From contig KZ538896.1 of the NCBI GenBank assembly GCA_000934665.2, positions 1 to 41,836 of the forward strand: a stretch of DNA of 41,836 nt, read 5' to 3'. The position numbers were made by a program, and so were the translations under genes. The notes under the pieces are model-generated. The model did not search any database. It saw only the letters and a list, made by a program, of their open reading frames with translations, and was not told the origin of the DNA. The stretch's first letter is position 1, and each line of letters opens with the position of its first letter. This stretch comes from Catajapyx aquilonaris (lineage: Eukaryota). Of this stretch, positions 1-9,900 are shown in pieces.

Positions 1-450
1 AGTGATGAAGGGAGACGCAAGTTAACCCCACATATGAACTAAATTATAACTTGTCAAAATAAAACTATAAACTACAGTACCCGTTCCACTCCCTCCTTGT
101 GTACCTCCCTCCTCCTCTATTACTCACCCCCATTAATCAACCTACACCATTTACACTGTCTAAACCAGTGGTTCCCAACTTGGGGGTCCCGCGGGGCCAC
201 GGTAGTTGTTATAAATAATCACAAAAAATTTATAGGCAATTTCATCGTGAAGGTTTTTTTCAACGTCTACTAGCACTGGGGGGGNGGGGGTGTCGTAGGT
301 TACTTGACTATCATAAAAGGGGGTCGCGTCCCAAAAAAGGTTGGGAACCACTGGTCTAAACAAACAACCTTATCCTCAGCCACGTCCATGGACCTATTGA
401 CACATGAACTTCTAGGGTTCACACTACACTGACCCTCCTGGTCCATCCAT
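1..450 (+). mobile_element. Retroelement 3' fragment (LINE 3' end or SINE-like), interrupted by a hAT MITE
   Basis: Reverse-complement match to 2461-2780 (gatgaagggagacgcaag...cctcagccacgtccatgg...ctggtcca). It ends in an AAT-type tail. The copy at 2461-2780 lacks the 166-353 insertion. Confidence 0.65.
166..353. mobile_element. hAT (Buster-like) MITE, 188 bp
   Basis: TIRs cagtggttcccaac...gttgggaaccactg, with perfect 8-bp TSD gtctaaac at 158-165 and 354-361. Confidence 0.92.
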
Positions 451-751
451 AAATAATCATACTTAAAAATGCATCGTATCACTCTGCACGTGAATTACTG
501 TAATTGTTTCAAGCACAATGTTGAGATAAGTTTATTTGCCAATGGAATTTTCCGCCACTGCCATCAGCTGATACAAATAACCTAGCAAATAACACCCTTT
601 ATTATTATTGTTAGTGTTGTTGTTGTTGTTATTATTATTATTTACATTACTCCGTGATAAGGTTGAGCCTTTTTAGGGGGGTGGAATACCACCATTTCAC
701 TCCATTTTCCTATATTAACTTCATTCACTGGTGCAAGGAGTCAAGGATGCA

Positions 752-1034
752 TATTGTTACCCCGTGCTCGAGCCATTCGGCTTGTTTTGGGGGGAAGGGA
801 AGGTTCCCAAGGGGGGGGGGGGCATCCTCGGTTTATAGTCACTCACGACTCTCTCAGATACACCAGACCTTTTCTCTGGCCTCGGGCAGCTAAGGGAGTG
901 CAATGCTGCCCCGGCGTGTCGGGTGAAATGCGGAAAAAGACCCGGCCAAGCAGAGGTGACGGGGACGGGATTTGAACCCCGGCCTCCCGCTTGGCTAGCC
1001 AGTGGCGTAACCACTAGACTACCACACCTCCCTC
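752..1034 (-). mobile_element. tRNA-derived SINE (family A)
   Basis: Minus-strand Pol III boxes (tggtagtctagtgg, ggttcaaatcc). A second copy is at 35982-36263. Near-perfect TSD ggagtc(a/t)aggatg. Confidence 0.8.
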
Positions 1035-1134
1035 GGAGTCTAGGATGTAGGGTAGGGATAGGGATTTTTGGGGAGGGAACATTGGTGCAAGTGCAATGTT
1101 GGTAAAGGGGTCATGTGCTGTTCCCCAGGAGGTT

Positions 1135-1453
1135 TTTTAATTTTAATTTTAATTTTTAAATTTGATACCCCATTATCAGCCCTTTAGGCTTTATTAGGGG
1201 GGGGATTTCTCCCAATTTTTTGTCTGGAACTCTTTTCATTTTTACTATACTTTTTCATCGGAATTGAGGCAAGGATAGGTAAGGAAGGAAGCGGCTGTGG
1301 CCTATAATTACTGTAACGACCCCGGAATTATCCTGCGATGACCATGGGAAACCACAGAAAACCATGATCAGGGTCGCCGGCCTCCGGGATTCGAACCCAG
1401 GACCTCCCGATTAGCAGTCGGACACCATACCACTACACCACTACTGCTTCGGT
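1135..1453 (-). mobile_element. tRNA-derived SINE (family B)
   Basis: Head tggtgtagtgg...gggttcgaatccc, A-rich tail, perfect 16-bp TSD tgttccccaggaggtt. A second copy is at 31533-31801. Confidence 0.88.
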
Positions 1454-1608
1454 TGTTCCCCAGGAGGTTAGGTTGCCAGACACCTCCAAGGTGCAGGTCA
1501 GAGGCCCTTCTGACTCAGGTGAAAGGAAGTTCCCCAGGCGGGGATCGAACCTGGGGCCTTTCACTCAGCAAGCCGAGACGTTACCATCTCGGCCATCTAC
1601 ACCTCCCC

Positions 1609-1713
<105 letters not shown>

Positions 1714-1715
1714 TA

Positions 1716-2428
1716 CCGTATTACCTCACTTTAAGTGGCATGCCAGTATAAAACAAGGTTGACCAGCATGCTGGTATAACCCGGGAGTGGCAGGCATGCC
1801 TCAATAACCGAAGCAGATTTCCATAATATTTTGATCCCTGTCAAAATTTTCGGAATGCATCTGGTACTGTACTAAAATAATGTTACTAAGGTGAAAAATG
1901 TACGAGTCATGCCTACATGGTTGTAAGAATATGCAAGTTCATCTGTTGCACATGGCATAGACCAATCCTATATTCAGCCTGTTCTGAGAGCCCCCCNNNN
2001 NNNNCCCCCAAAACATTACAAAGAATCGAAGCAAATTCCTTCAGTCCTTCCTTTTGCCCAATAGTTCACTGGTCGTACATCTCGTTGGCAATCAGAGGAT
2101 CACTTTGTGTAGTGGTATCGATTTGTCTGAGAAGCCTCGTTACTCAGATAATAAAATCCAAACCCAATGTGTAAAATATCCTGATAGATTGCTTTCCTTC
2201 TAGCAGCTTGCACTTTTAATTGAAAATGTTGCTGTGAAAGAACTTACGAGCGATCTTATGGGAAGTATCCACACCGTGGAACATGTACCGTAATGCATTC
2301 ATTTGAGTAATAATAATTTTCACAGAGATTATGATGCTGTGCTTAAAAACCTCGCTTTATACCGGCATACCTCGCTTAGACTGGCATGCCGGTATGGCCA
2401 CCAGATCGTGCTTAGTGAGGTAATATGG
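1716..2428. mobile_element. pogo/Tigger-like (Tc1/mariner superfamily) non-autonomous element inserted in a TAT microsatellite
   Basis: TA|ccgtattacctcact...agtgaggtaatatgg|TA. Subterminal ggcatgcc(a/g)gtat repeats. Small N gap at 1997-2004. Confidence 0.7.
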
Positions 2429-2431
2429 TAC

Positions 2432-2460
<29 letters not shown>

Positions 2461-2462
<2 letters not shown>

Positions 2463-2780
2463 TAGGAAGACATGGTTGGACCAGGTGGGTCAGTGTCTTA
2501 AGGGTGTTGCTAGTGTTAAGCCGAGACGTTCTTGTGTCAATAGGACCATGGACGTGGCTGAGGCTAGGGTTGTTTGTTTGGATAGGTGTAAATGGCGTAG
2601 GTTAATTAATGGGTAAATAGGTAAATATGTCTGAGGATAAGGTGATGTCTGAGGTGGGCAGGGGTGGGGGGTGGGACAGGTTGTTTTTAGGTTTATTCTC
2701 ATGAGTTTTATTAGTTCATTGTTGGGTTAGCTTGCGTCTCCCTTCATCGCTGACTACCCCTCATAGGGAAATGTCGTGAT
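2461..2780 (-). mobile_element. Second, inverted copy of the 1-450 retroelement fragment
   Basis: Reverse-complement similarity to 1-450, with an (AAT)n tail at 2431-2461. Confidence 0.65.
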
Positions 2781-3585
2781 GTTGTTGTTGTTGTTGTATT
2801 ATTATTATTATTATTATTGTGTTGTTGGCGTTGGCTAAATAAATATGTCTAATGAAATGAAATTAATTAGATAACAAGATAATTATTTTCATTCTGTACT
2901 CAGGTCACGAAAAATATTTTTTCATAGCAGCAAAATGCACACAGAGCAGTAGAGTACACTGGAGGTGTTGATTAGTCAAGTCAGCAGTCAAGAGGGCCTA
3001 TATCAGCGGTGTATCACTCGCCATCTGATTCAATAGCCACAATGGGGCCTATGAATAAGTAGAAAAATGGATTCGGATGAGCTGAATAAAACCTGTGCAA
3101 GACACATGACACAGTCTCCTTCACGAGAGGGATTTGGAGCAGTCTGTCAAACACGCACCAACAAGTCGCACGAGGTGATTAATTTGTACCAGCAGCATTT
3201 CAAAAGGCATTATTCATTCTGTTTAATTAAATGTTTGGCCATCCAACTATCCACATAACTTGGAAACCAACTTCCATTCCTGTCCGCATGTCCGTTCAGT
3301 GTTTTGAGGAGCAAAAAAAGCCGAGGGGGCGGGGCTTAAGAGCTTGGTGCCAAAATCGGATGGAGAACGGAAAAAATGGATCCAGGTCACCACCTTAGTA
3401 CAGACTCTTCTAGACTCTCGCGACTCTGGTTACTAACGGACTCTCCCCTGGCCAAAGCCAGGGAAGCAGTGCGCATGCCCCACCCACATCACATGACCAG
3501 AAGGGGGTGGGCTCTCACAATACCCTGCCTTTTTTGGAAAAGAAATTGTACATGAAAATAAAATCCCCCAAAATGTAAAACAATT

Positions 3586-4567
3586 GAAGGGGTTAGAACC
3601 ATAGTGGGCCATGTCCATATTTGGGTTAAATGCAGATTCCGCCATCTATTAGCAGAAGAGGCACTTCTCTGTCCCTACACGACATGTTGAGGCCATCCTG
3701 CCTCTGTCGTGAGATATTCAGGCTGTGCAAATATCACTACTTTCCCTGTAGGGGAATTCATTGAGGGACATACTGGGCCATGTCCCCATGAGCCAATAGG
3801 ATAGCCCCATTCTGGTCACATGGGCATGCATTCCAACATGGACGCGGACGGTGACAGGACAGCTCGAAAACGTGTCAGTTCGTCCCATTTCAGGTGCAAA
3901 ATACCGTGATTTGCAGATGTTACTGAAATATTTACCACCAAACTGCCATGACTTCCATAACAGCTTGGTTCATGATGATTAATATTGTGATTATTAAAAG
4001 ATTTTCCTGTGGTGCCACCTATGAAAATCTTGTTTCGTTATTAAACCATGCTAGGAACAAGTATACAGATGGATTATCCAAAAATATGACAATCATTCAT
4101 AATATTGATAAGAGCAAAAACATTCCCTTCAGTGAAAAAAAGAGAAGTAAGACCTCTGTGACGGAATGAAAGTAGGCCTACTGAAACAAGGCAGGCGCAC
4201 GTAAGACCTTCCCCAATTGATTTAAGCTGTACCAAAGGCCTTACTCAAGCAATTCTCAATTTACTGCTCATATTGATATGTTATTTTCCATTCTAGGTTG
4301 TCATTTCTTTCTGTTGAGAACCAAAGTGGTCCATGTCCAAACACTGTATTTTCCGATCTCATGAATGCAGGTTATTTTGTGGATGCCACACAAGGTTCTC
4401 CAACTTGATCAAAATAGAATTAGAGGCACATAACTATGACGAATGCAATGATGTATGTATTTTGAAGTAAACCTGCCCCAGTGATTTATAGTGATGTGGG
4501 AACTTTAGCCCACAATTTCTCAAAACTCCTCCAAGTGGACATGGCCCACTATGGTTCTAACCCCTTC
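3586..4567. mobile_element. Non-autonomous DNA transposon (~980 bp), possibly Sola-like
   Basis: ~31-bp TIRs gaaggggttagaaccatagtgggccatgtcca / tggacatggcccactatggttctaaccccttc, flanked by AATT on both sides. Internal g(g/t)ccatgtcc motif copies at ~3775 and ~4328. The superfamily call is tentative. Confidence 0.7.
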
Positions 4568-5071
4568 AATTGCGTCCACAAATTCAAGTTTCAAATCTTA
4601 AGACAGCAGCAACTAGAGGGAAAGGGTGGGGAAAGGGAAAAAATGCGCAACAAAAAATGTTCTGCCCAAAGCAAAAACACCACAAAACGTCCAAAAACGT
4701 CTCTGCAGCAAGGCCAAACATCAAGATCAAACATCAAGTTAAAAAGTTGGCCATGGCTGGTACCACCAAAGATCCACTCGGATCCAACATAACTGGTCCA
4801 TATCGTCCAGAAGAGGAGAGCACTCCCTACATCACTGGACACCGCCCAGAACACACCATCGCAGCAGCACAAGGCCAGGGACATGTCCATCTTGGTCTGA
4901 ACTACTCATGGTTTCCTGCCCAGCTTCCAGCTGCACCCACCTCAAGCACCTCAACAATATGCAACTGCCGTGCAAAATGTATGCCAACTCTGTATATATC
5001 GCCAAGGGTTACTAATCCATCATTTCTTCCACCATCCCACCCAGGGGTGTCGCAGGAAAATTTTGGCAGGA

Positions 5072-5136
5072 TGTACTATATACGCCAAATTGTTTCATAC
5101 CCCGGGGGTATGAAACAATTTGGCGTATATGGTACA
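5072..5136. repeat. Near-perfect 65-bp palindrome (1-nt spacer)
   Basis: tgtactatatacgccaaattgtttcatacccc-g-ggggtatgaaacaatttggcgtatatggtaca, with one mismatch. Confidence 0.9.
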
Positions 5137-5241
5137 CTAGAAGTCCAAAGGCCCTTTCCCATGTGAGGCGCCTTCTTCCAAAACCCAATGAATCCACCAT
5201 AAATGGTTCCAACATAATTGAGAAAAAACTGGTGCCACAGC

Positions 5242-5437
5242 TAATTCTCGGGTGCGCTGGAAAAAGAGCACAGGTCAAAAAATAGATTTTTTGGCTTACG
5301 CTCTTTTTCCCCTGAATCCGAGGATTCACCTCTATTAATCCACCTCATGGATAATACTCGGATTCAGGGGGAAAAGAGCATATGTCAATTTTATTTTTTT
5401 TACTTGTGCTCTTTTTCCCCGCACATCCGAGAATTAA
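5242..5437. repeat. Imperfect inverted repeat (MITE remnant)
   Basis: taattctcgg...gaaaaagagcaca...cccctgaatccgag is mirrored by ctcggattcagggg...tgtgctcttttt...ccgagaatta. Confidence 0.8.
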
Positions 5438-5943
5438 TATTACAAGACCTGCCCAAGACCATCTGGTAGCCTACATATGTGGATGCTCCAAACGATGAAC
5501 TATTACACGAAAATGATCCACATTGTCAAGTCATATTAGTAGTTACAGGAATAGTCGCTGTGGATATGTAGGTTTTTGCTACAAAGATAATGGATTTGGC
5601 TGTTTTTCCAATATTGATGCCAAAATATTGAAAATATAAACAACAGTCTTACACTTTCATATGTAATAATTTATTTATAACAAGAACCTGACTTTCTCTA
5701 TTGGTTGCACAACAGATCCCCACTGCAATGTCCTTGAATACTAGAGTAATATCATTTAAAAAACAAACAGTGAAACCTGTGTGTAGCATAAACATGTTTG
5801 TCACATAATTTTTGTTTGCTCCCAGCACATAATTTTTAATGCATTTCTGGCTAACAATGGAAACCTGCTTCATACAATGAAAATTCCAAGATGGAGCAAC
5901 TTTATTACATCCAGGTTTCACTGCATCATTAATAATCCATTAC

Positions 5944-6382
5944 CTCATCAGCTTATTGTCCAGTCAGCAGTTGCCTAACATAAGTGCAGATGAATGACCC
6001 TTGGGAATATTATGTAGGCAGCAAATCCCAGGCTCTTCTGGCTTGTCTTAACAACCTGCAGCTGCATCTGCATGAGGTTTTGGGCCTCTCTGTTTGAGCA
6101 TTTCTTGCTGCATGTGCAATTTTTGTTGCATTCATGTAAGTCGGTCGTCACTTGCTTTAGAAGGTGACTATCACATGTACTCAGGTCAATTGTCTGCAGG
6201 AGCAGTCTTTTCCTGTGTAATCATCTATACATTTGCACCCAGTAAGAAATGCCTTGTCCAGGTTTGAGGACACATTTTTACTATGTCTTAGCTTGGTGGG
6301 ATACTCAAAGAACTCAGGTCTGATTTCATTCACACATGATGTGGGGATATAATATATTATGTTCTTTGCCATGTGACACTTC
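5944..6382 (-). pseudogene. SETDB1: SETDB1/eggless-like H3K9 methyltransferase pseudo-exon (pre-SET plus N-terminal SET)
   Basis: Reading across frameshifts gives EVSHGKEH/IPTSCVNEI...NLDKAFLTGCKCIDD..GKDCSCRQLT*.../LHECNKNCTCSKKCSNREAQNLMQMQLQVVKTSQKS/ICCLHNIPKG/FICTYVRQLLT. This matches the SETDB1 pattern GKEDVPLSCVNEI...FLVGCDC...CACHQLT...YECNKRCKC...CTNRLVQHGLQVRLQLFKT...[21 protein letters not shown]. It is bounded by AG (6384-6383) and GT (5943-5942) and has several stops and frameshifts. Confidence 0.8.
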
Positions 6383-6989
6383 CTGGAAAAAAATTTAAAC
6401 TGTTATCAGTCATGATAAAGGAAGGCAGTACGTTAATTGAAGTAGGAGTTGATTTTTAAAATTAACCTCAGCAATTTTTAAAGATGAAGGGGGGTCAGAT
6501 AATATATTGTCCTATTCAATGTCTAATGAAGTAAAAAGGTTTTTACAGGATAAGACCCAGGTGTCGCCATATATACTCCACCAGGCAAAATCTTGATTTC
6601 ACATGATCATCACCTTATTAGTAAACAGCCAGTGCATTTTAGTTCAGAGAAGTGGTAGTGAAGGAGAGCAGGGTCAGAATCAAGTCTGAAATATAAAGTA
6701 TTTTAAAACCTCCCAGTTGTGCTGCAACGACTAATTATGCGTCATTATGAAGGGCATTGCAACTTCTCTGATAGTGAGGCTACGCTCTAGGTATTGAATG
6801 CACAGCAAGCCTGCACCGTGTTGCAGGAACCCAACATTGTATTTTAAAATAGTCTACTGTTAATTAACAGTGTCACTATTAGGCTACTATGGGTAGCCAT
6901 GGAATTCATCGATTGTTGGCATTTCTCTTTTGTTTATTGGCAGCAAAAACTTGCTGGTGGGGGGAGGTTTCCTGTTTAGCATCTTAGGA

Positions 6990-9900
6990 ATGACCATTAA
7001 CTACTCCTATGAGGTTGCCGCAGTACAGGGACACTTCCCTTCCCCCTTAGTAAAGCTGCTTGCCAGGTGGGTAATTTCATGAGTAATCATTTGTAAAGTA
7101 ATAATTCATTGAGTATGTCAACCTATATTATGGATCATTTTAGCTCCTAGGTTTCAAACTGAAGTTGGTATATTATGTACTGTATGTATATGTATTCATA
7201 TATAGTTACACATCAAGCTGTTAAGCCTGCTACACACGTTGCGAGTTACTCGGCCGACTAGGGGATTACGCTTGCGCAGTAGCCTACTCGCCCTCCAACT
7301 CGCCCTGAAAATAGGTGGAAAACCGATTCAAGAGGCGAGTGAGCATGCGCAGTAGGCTACTCTCCTGATCATGGTCGTAGAATACTAAGGTCTGGACACT
7401 CCCACCTATCCCCTGCCGGGGCGTTTTGCATGAGGTGCTCACCTGAGAGAGCCATGAGACCTTTCACTGCACAGTTATGTGGCGACCCTACTGGACTATG
7501 CTGAACTTTATAGGTACAAAAGGGAAGTGCTACATTGGGGGAACCAACATGGTCGCCGGTGGCCATGTTGGGCCCGCATGTAGCGCTTCCCTTTGGTACC
7601 TATAAAGTTCAGCGCAGTCCGGTAGGGTTGCCACATAATCCAGCACCGAGAGGTCTCATGGCTCTCTCAGGTGAGCACCTCATGCAAAACGCCCCGGCAG
7701 GGGATAAGATCAGAATGTAGAGGTAGTGTCCGGGGGCTGCTCCTGATGCTCGGGTGAGTTACTGGCTACGTGTGGACCTTGCTTTACTGATTGCTGAATT
7801 TTTTTTTTTTTTTTTTGAAACTCTTAATCTGATAGCATTGTTTAGAATTTAGAATTGCATCTATTATAAATAAAAACAAAGTTTCTGTCAGACGAATGGT
7901 GCTATCAAATCATCAGTACTCCAGTCCCCCCACACCCAGATTTCACTTTGAGTGAGTGCTGATGGTTGTATAGCCAAAACTTATGTTGCTGATGTTGTTG
8001 TTGCTGTTAAAGATAGAATTTTTGGTGTTCACATTGAAACGTCCATTTTAGTTAGGTATGTTTGCCAGTAATACTATATTTTAAGCATTTACTTTTAGTG
8101 CTTATCAAAAGCATGAGGTGCTCATATGAGGCGGAATTAAATTAAGTCACTATTGGAACAACTGACATCGAACTTCAATGATAGAATTCATTCTTTTGCA
8201 AGCCAGACCTCCCTTTCTGCGATTAAAAAGGATGGGTTCACGAAACCTCATATTACTAACTGATACTTTTGACAACAAATGCCACTGATACGATTTTTTT
8301 CAAACAGTCTCACCAGCACAAAGTATTAAATAATTAAGATAGCTGACAATTCATACCTGTAATTTTAGATGGCATGGCAGCATTTACAAGATATTATGGC
8401 GCGACATAGTCATGTACATGGGCATCTATTACATATTGAATTTGACATACAAATTTGTACTGGGAGGAGTTGTCAAAAAGCAAGTATTCACTACAAATTA
8501 ATCAGTCATTTAGTTTTAAGATAACTGAGTAACGAAAACTCTGTCCTCAGGTATTTTGAAAACTTAGTACAGCAAGCAAGTGAATGGGCCATCGACACCC
8601 CAGTTTCGTTCATCCTGGGATTATATGTGTCTCTCGTGTACAGGAGATTTTGGGAGCAATATGGACTAATTCCGTGGCCCGACGAAATTGCAATGCATGT
8701 GTCTAATTGCGTTCGAGGACAGGTAAGAAATCACACCAAATGGTGTCTTCTCATACGGTGGTCTTGCCACCCATATTTAAATATATAAAATGCATATGGT
8801 ACGAGATAATGACATGCGATCATATTAATCATCTCTGAAGGAGCTGTTCTCATAAAGATTTTTTCTGAAGTAGATTACTTTTTGAATATAATAGACATCA
8901 TTTTTTTAACCACAGAATGACCGCGCTATAATGTTCAGGCGAACGGTAATGAGGTATGTAAGTCTGTCTTTCGTCCTCGCCTTGTCCAGGATGTGCACGT
9001 CAATCAAGCTACGCTTCCCAGACTTGGCGCATATGGTCATTGCTGGTAAGATACCGGTACACACACAGGGATTGCTTATTTGTGCATGCGTTTCTCACTT
9101 GGTATTGCGAGATCCATTCTGGTGCCAGAAGTAACAGATTAGCTGTGATTTCGAAATTGGCAATAATTGTTTTCACTTCAAGAAACTCATGCATTTTGAA
9201 ATAGGGTACCTCTCTCGGTTCCAATGGTCAAATTCTTATTTAGCGATACATCATGTTCTATTATTTAGGGCTGATGTCACAGGATGAGATGGACATGTAT
9301 GCTGAGTTGCAGGATATGTCTCCCCAAAACTTGTTTTGGGTTCCCTTACTTTGGACTGTAAATGTGCTGGAGACAGCCAGAGAAGAAGGATACATGATGA
9401 GTGACTTTACAACAGATGAACTTGAAAGCACTGTTGAGGCATATTGGAGCAGTCTTAACAAGCTCTTAGTGTACGACTGGATTTCTGTACCTCTTGTTTA
9501 CACCCAGGTAATGACTTTGTGATCTTCTTGTTAAAGTTAAGTATGTACAGAGTGTTTCATAAGGATTTGAGCAAACTTCTCGGTGGTGATGCGGAGATGA
9601 AGTGGCGTCGTGGTAACGCATGCGCCCACGGATATGAAGGTCCCGGGTTCAATCCCCACCCGGGGTTCCCACCTTTATCCGTGCAGAGTTGGGCCATCTC
9701 TGGCTTCATTTTGGGTGGCAATTTCCGACAGACTAAGCCACCCGGGGGAGTTCACAAAATGACCGTTAGAGACATTGCACATGCACTTTGCACATCCCCT
9801 CCCACCTACCCTTGGAGTACACTAATAAGATCCTTCTTAACTCGCTCCAACAAATCCCGATGGTGGTAATTCCACCCCCCCTAAGGAGTAGATAACTCCC

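Larger units (their letters stand above)
600..1608 (-). mobile_element. tRNA-derived SINE (family D) split by two younger SINE insertions
   Basis: Head at ~1608 on the minus strand (A box gatggccgagatgg, B box ggttcgatcc). The body resumes across TSDs at 1119-1134/1454-1469 and 737-749/1035-1047. An (AAT/AAC)n tail lies at ~600-645. Confidence 0.7.

Noticed and set aside
1385..1453. tRNA-like sequences here and at ~960-1030, ~1540-1608, ~9595-9660, ~31730-31800, ~38200-38262, ~39135-39200 and ~40690-40757
   Set aside because: They have A and B boxes but no intact cloverleaf, and they are followed by SINE bodies, tails and usually TSDs. They are SINE heads, not tRNA genes.
4570..5166. 198-aa plus-strand ORF
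   Set aside because: Non-ATG start, no recognisable domain or splice context, and it runs through a palindrome directly after a transposon end.
6440..6690. Possible upstream (MBD-region) exon of the SETDB1-like pseudogene
   Set aside because: Splice-like boundaries exist on the minus strand, but the translation is full of stops and the similarity is too weak to call by eye.
7369..7720. Mirror-image ORFs on both strands
   Set aside because: Artefact of the long inverted repeat.
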